The position numbers and the translations under genes were made by a program. 64,000 nucleotides of DNA from Craspedostauros australis (Eukaryota), in NCBI GenBank assembly GCA_030167865.1, contig JALAGF010001127.1, positions 1-64,000 of the forward strand, in the 5' to 3' direction. The notes beneath the pieces were generated by a model. It saw only the letters and a list, made by a program, of their open reading frames with translations, ran no database searches and had not been told where the DNA came from. Shown here in pieces: positions 49,711 to 60,002 of the stretch; position 1 is the first letter of the stretch; every line of letters begins with the position of its first letter.

Positions 49711-51138
49711 GGTGGCGGCACGGGGATTCCTCGAACCTGCGGCACCGACATGGGCAGCAGGAAACTCAACAACGGAGATAGCCTGAGCCACATGAGCCTC
49801 ACTAATCGCACGATAGTAACACGATGCGTCTCACCGGAGGCAGAAAGAAGTAACCACAAGTGAAGATAAATGAAGAGATTAACAAGACGAGTCACGATTC
49901 TCCGATTCTCATCCCTGTCTTTTCCCTCTGGAGCCCTCCCACAAGGAGAGAGGCAGAGTCATGCGACGTCTCCGCTGATGGATGCCACATTCATCAGGGT
50001 GCCACTGGAGCCTCTCTCTGGAGAGTGTTCTCGAATTTTTTCTTCATTGAGCTGAACTCTTGTCATGCGCATGTATGTATCATATGCAAGTCCCATCGGC
50101 ATGGTATGCATGTAGAGTATTAGTAGAGAGGAGCGAGCTCCACTCGGGCCGCAAGGAGACTCGAGCACATGGCGCATCCAAGGGAGAAGACAAAAGGATA
50201 GTTTCCGCCTCTTCTCTGCAGACGAGGGGTCCCTCAGACACGAACTTCTCCTTCGATCTCTTCGTTCATGTCTCCAACCGTATGATGTGCGCACCAGCAT
50301 CTCTCTCTCTACGCGAGCAACGCTATCAGGAGCGTCACGATTGCATTCTATTCCGCTCTAATAACCCCATCATGGCCTGTCCTTGCAAATACTCGGTGCC
50401 ATGTTGCCATCGCGCAACCCAAGGAGTCTCCCATCTGTTGGCGCACCGATGATTTGGTCATTTTGTGAGCGTGAAGAATTCAAACGTGAGAATCGATGCT
50501 TGGTATGTCGTAGAAATGTCTCACACATGGTTTCGGCACAAATTTTGTACTCAAGAATGTATATATTGTTATCGATATTACGAAACGTGCTTTGAGCCTC
50601 CGCCATGTCATCCGTTGCGCTCACAAAATTGTTTGTCCCTTGGTGCGGAGGGAGGTGCGTGGTGGCCGCTCCATGAAATTTCTCACTTCGGCTGTTGGGT
50701 GCGCACCATGGTGTCTCTCGATGTGCAGCATCCCCATCAACGCGCAGATCAGACAAGAAGGTGTTGGCATGCGGCCTACTCCATCGCAAGAAGACGCTCA
50801 ACAACATCCATCATCTTGCCGAAACCAACGTTCTGTTCATTCAAACAAGCAAGCAAACAATCAAAATCTCCAACCAAACCACTTTGGACAAGAAGCAACC
50901 TCAAAGTGAAGCATCGACGGCAACGTTTTGCACTCCAAGACAGATAAAACGCCCAACAAGAGACAAAGAAACAGTCTGGGCAACCGCGAAACCACGTAAG
51001 GCAACCAACCAACCAACCATATAGTGGAGTAGAGTAGTCACATTGAAAGAGCAGGAGCGAAGAGTGAGACGCAAGTGACACAGAAGAGAGAAACCGCAGG
51101 AACTCAGAACCCACAGCACCCCGAATACACCGAGAACC

Positions 51139-54100
51139 ATGAGGCTCTCTACGATGGCATCATCCCTGTTGCAGGCAGGATGCCTGCTGCAGCTTCTGTT
51201 TGCGCGGTCGGCGTCCGCAAGCAGCTCGGGGCATGAAATGGCGTGTTCCGACGACATCGTCATGTTCGAATCCACCGTGTTGGTAGATTTCGATGAATTC
51301 GACGCAGATCACAACGATGTCACCAAGATCGACCAGCAGGGTTTGGAGCATACCTTCATGCAGACGTACAACACGCTGTCGCGTGGTTTGTGTGACCACG
51401 ACTTCCGAGAAATCGTTGCGGCGACCATCGTGAAGCAGGAAGATGGAGCGTTCCTGATTCGGCGTGGTGGCAGCATTTTCAGCTTGGAATACCACATCAA
51501 GGCAAGATGCAGGGGCTGCGATCCCAACGAGATCACGTTGTTCGATCGACCGCAGCAGCAAACCAGAGTCCTTGGTTTGGCGGACGGTAGCTACGACGAC
51601 GATGATGACGACGACGGCGATGATGATAGCGGTGACAGCATTGAAGATTCGGTCTTTATGGAAGCACAGGTTTCTTCGAACGGCGAAATGCAGATGGTGC
51701 AACGTAAAGCGAAGAGCTCCAAGTCCTCCGACAGCGATAGCTCCGAATCGAGCGAAAGCAGCAGTAGCGGCGGTAAAGGAAAGGGCTCGAAACATAGTGG
51801 CAAAGGCAAGGGAGGAGGCGAGGACAGGGCTCCGAAACCCTTCAGCGGCAAAGGAAAGGGCAAGGGCAAGTCCTCGAAGTCGAGCAAGAGTGAGAAGTCC
51901 AGCGAGAGCGAGAAATCGAGCAAGAGCGGAGACTCGAACATGCGTAGTGGCAACACTTGCATGTGTTACTCTGACAGCCCGGAGTACCGCGCTCCAACTG
52001 AGGCAGAGTTCCTCACAGAGTACGACGCCCTCATCCGCAAGGTGGGCACCCCGCAAAAGGGCCACCGTTTCCTCAGCGTGTGCGTCGACTCTGTGATCGA
52101 CGTCACCGAGATCGAAGAGGTCAGCTGTTCCGTCGTCGTGGAGGAGTTCAGCTCCCTCGTCGTCGTTGAATTCTCCGGCAACCAAATGGATGTCACCAGC
52201 CAAGAGCGCAGCCGCTTGGAGATGGCCTTCAAGGAGATATACAACGGAATCCAAGACAAGCAATGCGATTCCTTCTTCCGCAATGTCACAGTGGCGATGA
52301 TCGGAATGCAGGCTGACCCCGCAGAGCCAGGCATGTTCATGTACGTCTTCCGTGTGGAAGGAACGTGCCGTGGCGAAGGATGCGCCGAGGAGTTGTTCTT
52401 CTTCGCGGAGGAAATGGGAGTGGCGCGAAGGCTCACCCACCGTGTGACGCATGAGACCGCAGGAGACTCATCGGGCTGCGCCTGTCCTACTCACAATCCC
52501 ATCGATGCCCCGCCCACGACAGGGGATTTCGAAGAGCGGCTCTCAACAGCCATCCTGGACCTCAGAGCACGAGGAAAGCTCAGCAGTATCCTGGCCAGCG
52601 GCGTCCTCATGGAATTGCCCCTGAACGTCACGGCTGCCCCCACGCTTTCGCCTACCATCTCCCCCACCATTGGAAACTCCAGCACTCCATCCACGAGTCC
52701 ATCTGGAGACCTGTCAGACGTTCCAAGTGGCAGTCCTACCAATCTTCCCACTGATTCCGCAAGCGGAGCACCGACCGGAACACCGACTGGACTGGCTTCT
52801 GCTTTGCCCTCTGGAAATCCAACCGCGACATCATCGCCGACGTCGTCATCCAGCCCAACCGCGAGCCCAACTGCAAGCGCAGCTCCAACCGCAACTGCAA
52901 GCCCCACAACCGCGGCACCCACCAGCGTTGGCCCAACTGTGACCAGCAGACCAACACCACGGCAGTCGGCATCGCCATCTGTGGCGCCAACGATGACAAG
53001 CGCACCAACGTTCACCTTCTCCAGTTCACCCACAGATTCGATGGGGCCATCGGGCACCCCGACAGGCTCCATCTCACCCTCTGGAGTGCCCACTAGGTCA
53101 GCCAGCCCAAGCCTGTCGTTTGCGCCAAGCACAACTCCGCCCACGGTTTCAGTGTCGCCATCATCGCAGCCATCCTTGTCGAATCAGCCGTCGGAGAGCC
53201 CAACTCAGTCGAACCGGCCGAGCAACATCCCCTCGTCCTCTCCATCGGTCGCACCAAGCGCCGTCCCGTCGGTGGCTCCGTCCATTTCACCAAGCGGTAT
53301 CCCATCAGTGACCCCGTCAGGCATGCCAAGTGTATCTCCATCGAACTCTCCATCGGTGTCAAGTATCCCAACTCCGTTCGGATTTAGCATGACCCCGAGC
53401 GCCGATCCATCCACGTTGCCAAGTTCGATTCCAACTCGATCTGCGTCACCATCGATCACACCAACCGCATCGGCATCCCCATCTAGTACACCAACGGCCA
53501 CCATCTCAAACTCCCCGTCCGCCGTTCCATCACAGTCGGCGAGTCCAAGCATTCTACCGAGCTTTGCACCCTCGGGTGTCCCATCGGTTGCTCCAAGCCA
53601 GACACCGTCCGGATTTGGATCGGTCACGCCGACCCAATCAGCGGTCCCATCAGCACTCGCAAGCGCAGTTCCATCAGTTGCCCCATCAACCACTCCAAGC
53701 CAGACACCATCCGGATCTGGATCAGCGGCACCGACCCAATCAGCGGTCCCAACGGCACTCGCGAGTGCGGCCCCTTCGGCCACTCCATCTGTTGCTCCGA
53801 GCCAGACACCATCAGGAGGTGGATCAGTGGCACCGACCCAGTCAGCTGTTCCAACAGCTCTCGCAAGTGCAGTTCCATCGGCTGCTCCGTCGACCACTCC
53901 AAGCCAAACACCGTCCGGGGGTGGATCAGTGGCACCGACCCAATCCGCAGTTCCCACAGCACTTGCAAGCGCAGTTCCATCGGCCGCTCCGTCGACCACC
54001 CCAAGCCAAACACCATCAGGAGGCGGGTCTGTGGCACCGACCCAATCCGCTGTCCCAACAGCCCTCGCAAGCGCAGTTCCATCGGTTGCTCCGTCGACCA

Positions 54101-55212
54101 CTCCAAGCCAAACACCATCAGGAGGCGGGTCAGTGGCACCGACCCAATCTGCAGTTCCCACAGCACTCGCAAGCGCAGTTCCATCGGCCGCTCCATCTGT
54201 TGCTCCGAGCCAAACACCATCAGGAAATGGATCAGCGGCACCGACCCAATCTGCAGTTCCCACAGCACTCGCAAGCGCAGTTCCATCGGCCGCTCCGTCG
54301 ACCACTCCAAGCCAAACGCCATCAGGAGGTGGGTCAGTGGCACCGACCCAATCCGCGGTCCCAACAGCACTCGCGAGTGCGGTCCCTTCGGCTGCTCCAT
54401 CTGTGGCTCCAAGCCAAACACCATCAGGAGGTGGATCAGTGGCACCGACCCAGTCCGCGGTTCCCACGGCACTCGCAAGCGCAGTTCCATCGGCTGCTCC
54501 GTCGACCACTCCAAGCCAAACACCATCAGGAGGTGGATCAGTTGCACCGACCCAATCCGCGGTTCCCACGGCACTCGCAAGTGCAGTTCCATCGGCTGCT
54601 CCATCTACTGTTCCAAGCCAAACACCATCCGGAGGAACCTCGGCAATCCCAAGCGCGGTGCCCAGCGGTCCTGGATCAACAGTGCCGTCTGCTGCTCCGA
54701 GCCAAACACCATCCGGAGAAGCTTCGGTGGCCCCGAGTGGCTCGGTCACGCCCAGCGTGCCCCCATCCGCCGTACCTTCCATCACTCCGTCCGTTCCACC
54801 TTCCATCACTCCATCAGTCGTTCCATCGCGCAGCATTTCGCCAACCCAGAGTGTCCGTCCAAGCGGATTGCCGACCTTGAGCATCAGGCCCAGCCAGAGC
54901 GTGAATCCAAGCATCCAGCCAAGTGCTACGCCCACAATACCGCCGAGCACCGTGCCGAGCACGACGCCAACCATTGCTCCAAGCGCCGTGCCGAGCGCGT
55001 CTCCATCCGTGGTGCCATCCAGCACACCATCCGTCAGCGTATCGCCAACCCAAAGCGTATCGCCAAGCTCGACACCATCCTCGAGTGGTAGCCCAACGAA
55101 TAGCTCGTCACCAAGCGCCATTCCAAGTGCCAGACCATCGGTATCGCCCTCCTCCACCCCGAGCACCCAACCAAGTGCAACGCCAAGTGTCGTGCCAACA
55201 GAGACACCGTAA
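51139..55212 (+). CDS. Large secreted mucin/adhesin-like protein: two Cys-containing repeat domains, Asp-rich and Lys/Ser-rich segments, ~850-aa Pro/Ser/Thr stalk
   Basis: 1357-aa ORF with signal peptide. Duplicated F.S.V.V.F...LE..F...YN.....CD..FR.....CRG.C...C.C...PT..F domain, RxL sites and PSxxPS periodicity. Confidence 0.85.
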   Translation: MRLSTMASSLLQAGCLLQLLFARSASASSSGHEMACSDDIVMFESTVLVDFDEFDADHNDVTKIDQQGLEHTFMQTYNTLSRGLCDHDFREIVAATIVKQEDGAFLIRRGGSIFSLEYHIKARCRGCDPNEITLFDRPQQQTRVLGLADGSYDDDDDDDGDDDSGDSIEDSVFMEAQVSSNGEMQMVQRKAKSSKSSDSDSSESSESSSSGGKGKGSKHSGKGKGGGEDRAPKPFSGKGKGKGKSSKSSKSEKSSESEKSSKSGDSNMRSGNTCMCYSDSPEYRAPTEAEFLTEYDALIRKVGTPQKGHRFLSVCVDSVIDVTEIEEVSCSVVVEEFSSLVVVEFSGNQMDVTSQERSRLEMAFKEIYNGIQDKQCDSFFRNVTVAMIGMQADPAEPGMFMYVFRVEGTCRGEGCAEELFFFAEEMGVARRLTHRVTHETAGDSSGCACPTHNPIDAPPTTGDFEERLSTAILDLRARGKLSSILASGVLMELPLNVTAAPTLSPTISPTIGNSSTPSTSPSGDLSDVPSGSPTNLPTDSASGAPTGTPTGLASALPSGNPTATSSPTSSSSPTASPTASAAPTATASPTTAAPTSVGPTVTSRPTPRQSASPSVAPTMTSAPTFTFSSSPTDSMGPSGTPTGSISPSGVPTRSASPSLSFAPSTTPPTVSVSPSSQPSLSNQPSESPTQSNRPSNIPSSSPSVAPSAVPSVAPSISPSGIPSVTPSGMPSVSPSNSPSVSSIPTPFGFSMTPSADPSTLPSSIPTRSASPSITPTASASPSSTPTATISNSPSAVPSQSASPSILPSFAPSGVPSVAPSQTPSGFGSVTPTQSAVPSALASAVPSVAPSTTPSQTPSGSGSAAPTQSAVPTALASAAPSATPSVAPSQTPSGGGSVAPTQSAVPTALASAVPSAAPSTTPSQTPSGGGSVAPTQSAVPTALASAVPSAAPSTTPSQTPSGGGSVAPTQSAVPTALASAVPSVAPSTTPSQTPSGGGSVAPTQSAVPTALASAVPSAAPSVAPSQTPSGNGSAAPTQSAVPTALASAVPSAAPSTTPSQTPSGGGSVAPTQSAVPTALASAVPSAAPSVAPSQTPSGGGSVAPTQSAVPTALASAVPSAAPSTTPSQTPSGGGSVAPTQSAVPTALASAVPSAAPSTVPSQTPSGGTSAIPSAVPSGPGSTVPSAAPSQTPSGEASVAPSGSVTPSVPPSAVPSITPSVPPSITPSVVPSRSISPTQSVRPSGLPTLSIRPSQSVNPSIQPSATPTIPPSTVPSTTPTIAPSAVPSASPSVVPSSTPSVSVSPTQSVSPSSTPSSSGSPTNSSSPSAIPSARPSVSPSSTPSTQPSATPSVVPTETP
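53596..54615 (+). repeat. Coding tandem repeat, 10 x 102 bp (34 aa SQTPSGGGSVAPTQSAVPTALASAVPSAAPSTTP)
   Basis: Ten consecutive in-frame units start at 53596, with a partial 11th from 54616. Differences between units are largely synonymous. Confidence 0.95.
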
Positions 55213-55621
55213 AAGAGCCTAATGCAACGCAGTGCAATGCACTGTGTTGTGATGTTGTCCCAGGTGCAAAGGACGGACTACGCAAAAAATAGCCCACAGC
55301 CCATTGCCCTCTCCAATGCATTTGTCATCAATTGGAAGGAATGGAAGAATGGCACGGCGGCAGATGTCGCTGCTATGTGATCAGTTGTGGATCTCAGGCA
55401 CCTCCTCTGCACGGACAAACAAAGACACACAACGACTTGTAAGCAAGCAAACAAACAATGAGTGCGTAATAACAATAATGTAAAATAGTGATCATATCAT
55501 TGGATACGATGCGGAGTAGGGTGCAATGGTGTGATTTTGAGGATTTTTAATGCGTTATGCTTCGAAAGGGTGAACTCGGATGTTTGAATACCCGCGTACT
55601 GCACATACACTCATGTCTTCA

Positions 55622-57124
55622 TCAGTTCCCCTTGGTCTGCTCGATAATGACATTCGGCAGCTCTTTCGTTTCGTCGTCGACTTCTTCCTCGGTCTCTTCC
55701 TCCTCAACAGGATCGAAGGTATCCAGGATTTCTTGCCGCATGGCATTGGCGGCTTCTTCATCACCTTCTGCATCCAGCAGCTCTGCCAAACTGAACTGTG
55801 TCGCATACAGGTCGGGATGACCTTGCGGCAACAGCTTTGTGCGCACGGCAAGCACTTCATTGTACAAGGTCCTGGCCTCTTTCAGCTTATCGTCGTCGTA
55901 GGGATTGGACGTCATGGCACGTGATTTCAGAAAGATCGCGAGATGCTGTCCCGCCGACGCGGCCGACAGAGTGTGAATCTTCGTATCCTTCTTGGGCGGT
56001 GCTTTTTTGCGCGGCGCTTTCTTGCGGATGGATTGACCACGTGGATTTGCAATGGCGGTCTGCACGGCACCACGCAGATGAGTTTCCGCCGCATCCCACG
56101 CCTGCCTCGTGAGGCTTTCGGGATTCAAGGAGATGTACTGCTTCGCGATGGCACCGCCGCCAGACCCCAAGGCACCTGCCTTCTTGGCCTTTTCGTCATC
56201 TTCCACGAGTTTGTGCTGGTGCAGGACCTGCGCTGCCAACGTGGATCCGTAAGCCGATTTGGTGGCAAGTGTGTGGGGATGCGCCTCGCCCAGCTCCACC
56301 GTGCGGATCTCCAGCGCTTCCTGAAAGTACTCCAGCGCCTTCTCCACCAGACCCAGACGTTCCGTAGCCTTGAGGGTGGTGTCGAAATGCACCTGCGATT
56401 GATTGAGCGTGCCGAGGTTGTGCAAGGTGAGGGCGTAGCTGGCATGATCGCGACCCACGACCTTGCCGTAGATGCGCTGCGCCTGGCTGTAGTTCTGACG
56501 CGCCGGGATGAAGTCGCCCAGGAGCTTGCTGAAGAGACCGCAGTTGTTGTAGGCGCTCGCCGTGGCGGGGTGCTGCCGACCAAAGTGCTTCTCCGTCCGC
56601 TTGAGCAGGTCCTTCGATTGCTTCAGCGCCTCGCGGTAATTGCCCTGCTGGTACTTGTGCGTTATTTCGGTTTGGATCTTTGCCAACTTGGTTTCCATCT
56701 CCTGATCTGGAAATTTCATGCCTCCGTCATCATCTTTCGTCATCTGTTTCTTCTTGTCGGTGCCGTTGCCATTGTCGCTGCCATCAGTGTTGCTAGTACC
56801 ATGGATTTTACCCATGCTCTTTGGAGCATCGGACGAAGTCGAAAATAATCTGTTCGATGCTGAGAGCGGATGTCCAAACTGCCTTTGCAGATAATTCTGT
56901 TGCTGTTGCTGTTGGAGGTGATGTCGATAGTTGCGATGTCCGCTACACTGCTGTCTTTGGCACTGCTGTTGACTTTGGGCGGAATGGAGAGGCAGAGGCT
57001 GAATGGGGCTCCCGAAACGCTGCAGACCACCCACATGCCTCTGGTTCGTCTGATGAACTCTGCCCACCATGCATCTGGCCAGCCTTTCAACGGCTTGCTT
57101 TCCCTTGTGCTGATAGATTCTCAT
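55622..57124 (-). CDS. Tetratricopeptide-repeat protein (kinesin-light-chain/TPR_12-type), probable mitochondrial presequence
   Basis: 500-aa ORF. Repeats G..HP.TA.AYNN.G, G.DHASYA.TLHNLG, LG..HP.TL and L...HPD....FSLA. Arg/Gln-rich N-terminus ending RLFSTSS. Confidence 0.85.
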   Translation of the reverse strand: MRIYQHKGKQAVERLARCMVGRVHQTNQRHVGGLQRFGSPIQPLPLHSAQSQQQCQRQQCSGHRNYRHHLQQQQQQNYLQRQFGHPLSASNRLFSTSSDAPKSMGKIHGTSNTDGSDNGNGTDKKKQMTKDDDGGMKFPDQEMETKLAKIQTEITHKYQQGNYREALKQSKDLLKRTEKHFGRQHPATASAYNNCGLFSKLLGDFIPARQNYSQAQRIYGKVVGRDHASYALTLHNLGTLNQSQVHFDTTLKATERLGLVEKALEYFQEALEIRTVELGEAHPHTLATKSAYGSTLAAQVLHQHKLVEDDEKAKKAGALGSGGGAIAKQYISLNPESLTRQAWDAAETHLRGAVQTAIANPRGQSIRKKAPRKKAPPKKDTKIHTLSAASAGQHLAIFLKSRAMTSNPYDDDKLKEARTLYNEVLAVRTKLLPQGHPDLYATQFSLAELLDAEGDEEAANAMRQEILDTFDPVEEEETEEEVDDETKELPNVIIEQTKGN

Positions 57125-57912
57125 CGTGTGATGCCCTCCTTCTTTTCACTCCTGCCACTTGTGCTGATGCTGGTGCTGTCAGTTGCTTCTCTAGTATTAT
57201 ATTATATTATATTATATAATAGCATGTGTGGTACTACACGTGCGAGCATCCGTAATGCGTGGGCACCAGAGACGGCTGGAGATCTTCCCTCTCTGGGCTT
57301 CTCTCTGTTCGCAGGCGTGCATAGTCGTACTTTCGCAACATCAATGCGCCACTGTTGTGATGGATCCATTTGTGCGGTTGGTGTTGGTTCGAACAGTGAC
57401 TCAGGCAAGAAACGTGAATGGAGCCGATCTTCAGCCGTTGGAACTGATATAGTTTTAAACGTCACAAGTATATAATTGCATATTGGTATTTACCGCAACC
57501 TCTTATAACATCCTTGTCGAGAAGCGCCTGACGAAGAAACAACAGATCAAAACAACGCGACAAAGCAAACACAAAACCGGTCTCCAACAGGTGCCCTCTC
57601 ATCACCACAAATCGCAGCCATGGGAGATGCGAGTATGTTTGGGGGCCGAAGGTCTCGTGGAGTCTGTCTTGAGCGTAATCGCATGCATGATGAAATCAAC
57701 ACAATGCATCCTTTCTATTGACCGAGCGAGAGGCGATACATGGCTTCCACAACAATCGACTTCTTGAACGAGAAAATCAAAATCAACAGCGACATCAACA
57801 GCGACGGTGACGGCGACATTCAGATTCACATTTGCATCCGCATTTTCATTGGCAGTGGCAGTGGCAGTGGCAGTGGCAGTGGGAGAAACATCGATAACGT
57901 CGTCCGCGGGAA

Positions 57913-59607
57913 ATGCGACGTCGCCTGTCCCATCACCAAAGGAAGTATGGAACGATGGAGGGGCCTGGTGCATCATCCACTTCACAGGCTGAGAAAACGC
58001 TTCCTCCAACAACCTTGAGCCTCACCTTCAAGCAGTTCGTCGCATGCATCTTGGAGCATTCGGCAGAGACGGAGTCATCCGCACGGACTACGGGCGAGAA
58101 AGGCATGTCCAAGCCCTTCAAATTTCGCTCTTCGACTGGATCAAGTATCGTCCACAAGTCTGATCAGCGCGGATACAACGACATCGATGTGCTCCAGCTT
58201 CCAGCGTCCGATCATTCGCAATGGCTCTCCCTCATCGAGTGCAAAGATATCGCGCTGTCGGACTTCATGCATTTCATCGATCAATTCCCCATCGTTAGCT
58301 TCGGTGGTGTGCGCTTGGCGTCCGCTCGTCGCTCAACACAACGGTCATTGCCCATGGATGTTGATGATAGCATCTGCTTTGGTCAGCTCCATCTCGTCCT
58401 GCGAAAGCCTTCCCTTGCGGACACGGCCATACCGACGACGTCGCTCCACGTCGATTCCACAGCCCTGTGCAGCGCGACCTCGTACCGGTTCTTCATGATG
58501 ACGACAAAAGAGATGGATCCAACACAACCCTCATCAGGCGGCTTCTTCGGCCAACGGCTATCATCGTCATCGCCGCCACAATTGCAGGCAGCTTCCACGC
58601 TCGCAACTTCACAATCGGTTCAATTCCTGTGCGCTTTTCTTCGAATGGTCGCCATCAGGTCAGAAGCCTGGCTTCATCTGCACCATCGTCCGCCGTCTCT
58701 CTCCATCCCGACGTCGTTTCACAACCCATTCGCCGTCAGTCCGCCGGCAATCAACCTATCCTTGTACGGCAACAATCATGAGAATGATCTACTGATCCAA
58801 CAGTTGACGCAGGACTGCGTGGTACCCGATCACATGTTCAATGTCAAGATTCGTGCTGAAGGGAAAAACTTCAATCCCGCCTCGTCCATCGCATTGTCCA
58901 AGGCGCCAGTCCTCTGCCTCGATGGCTGCACCTTTCAAGATGACGGCATGGCGCTGTCCGATTACATCTACGATCATGGTTCCATGTGGTCCCATATCTC
59001 CATCCATCGCACATCCATGCTCTTGGACTATCTCGGGACGGCCATCATGGACAGCAACCGTCTTGTATCTATCGACCTCGATCTCTCCTACAGCATTTCA
59101 TCCTTCCTGCAGAATATCATGAGTTGCAAAACGCTGCAGAGCGTCAAGCTGCATCTCATGCACACGGATCCACAGTCAGCCATGGACGGGCTGATCGATC
59201 TCCTTCGCACATCCAAGTTCCGTTCTCTGACGTACAACGTCGCCGATGCATGGAAATCTGGCTGCAGTTCGACTTCAACTGCGCACCATGAGGCATTCGG
59301 TCAACGCATTATCACCGCTTTGCGGCGCAATGAGCATCTCCTCCACCTCTCATCCCGTCCTTACTTGAATTCCAGCGATGGAGCGCCAGCAACAGAACAA
59401 GTGCGAGCCATGTTGAAACAAAACAAACTCGCCGAACTGGTCCACAACACGGCGCGGCACATCAACGCCAGCCAGGATGTGGGAATTCTCGGCATGGCTA
59501 TGTGTCATGGCTCGATCCGCACGAACGCATGGTTGCTGCACCATCTAGTGAAAGGATCCATCGATCAGATTGTTGCGCTCTGGGGAAAAGAGTCAACCAA
59601 CAGCTAA
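57913..59607 (+). CDS. Hypothetical protein, possibly degenerate RNI-like/LRR C-terminal half
   Basis: Uninterrupted 564-aa ORF. L..L.L-type spacing (LVSIDLDLS, TLQSVKLHL, ALRRNEHLLHL) is suggestive only. Confidence 0.6.
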   Translation: MRRRLSHHQRKYGTMEGPGASSTSQAEKTLPPTTLSLTFKQFVACILEHSAETESSARTTGEKGMSKPFKFRSSTGSSIVHKSDQRGYNDIDVLQLPASDHSQWLSLIECKDIALSDFMHFIDQFPIVSFGGVRLASARRSTQRSLPMDVDDSICFGQLHLVLRKPSLADTAIPTTSLHVDSTALCSATSYRFFMMTTKEMDPTQPSSGGFFGQRLSSSSPPQLQAASTLATSQSVQFLCAFLRMVAIRSEAWLHLHHRPPSLSIPTSFHNPFAVSPPAINLSLYGNNHENDLLIQQLTQDCVVPDHMFNVKIRAEGKNFNPASSIALSKAPVLCLDGCTFQDDGMALSDYIYDHGSMWSHISIHRTSMLLDYLGTAIMDSNRLVSIDLDLSYSISSFLQNIMSCKTLQSVKLHLMHTDPQSAMDGLIDLLRTSKFRSLTYNVADAWKSGCSSTSTAHHEAFGQRIITALRRNEHLLHLSSRPYLNSSDGAPATEQVRAMLKQNKLAELVHNTARHINASQDVGILGMAMCHGSIRTNAWLLHHLVKGSIDQIVALWGKESTNS

Positions 59608-60002
59608 TCGTCGGTCCTCGACGGTGTGTTTACGTTGTCGCGTCTGACGTTATATTGCATTGTATCATTTCATAGTTTATTATGGAACGCTAATGGAGAA
59701 CAATAATATAACCGTGTTCCTGATTGCGTGGAGTACGAGTATAGTATGCACAACTTGAGTATGGTACATGTCTCCAGAGAGCGAGGGCGAGGAGTGTCTA
59801 CACTGGCCTGTACAAGTGCGCGCCAAAATGAGCGCTCCATCTGCATCTTCCTGGACGACATGAACGTAGGTAAGGAAATGAATGATGAGACGATGCTCTT
59901 GCAACTTCACCAGGAGTCCATAGTGATGCGCAAATGTCCTATGCGTATAATAGTTTGCGTACTCCGCAGGCTGTTGCGCACTCTTCAGCTCGAACAATTC
60001 GA

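Noticed and set aside
53205-55166. 653-aa antisense ORF and 438/326-aa alternative-frame ORFs over the mucin repeats
   Set aside because: These are shadow ORFs produced by stop-poor Pro/Ser/Thr/Ala codons. The same applies to the long antisense ORFs over METAP2, the PDZ gene and the exonuclease.
55210-55500. Possible extra 3' exon of the mucin-like gene via a GT at 55210
   Set aside because: The donor is weak, the intron would be only ~54 nt, and the downstream translation is non-descript; the TAA at 55210-55212 is retained.
41054-57124. Functional cluster of mitochondrial genes (GUF1, OGDH, TPR protein)
   Set aside because: They are interspersed with unrelated secretory genes; this density is expected by chance in a compact eukaryotic genome.
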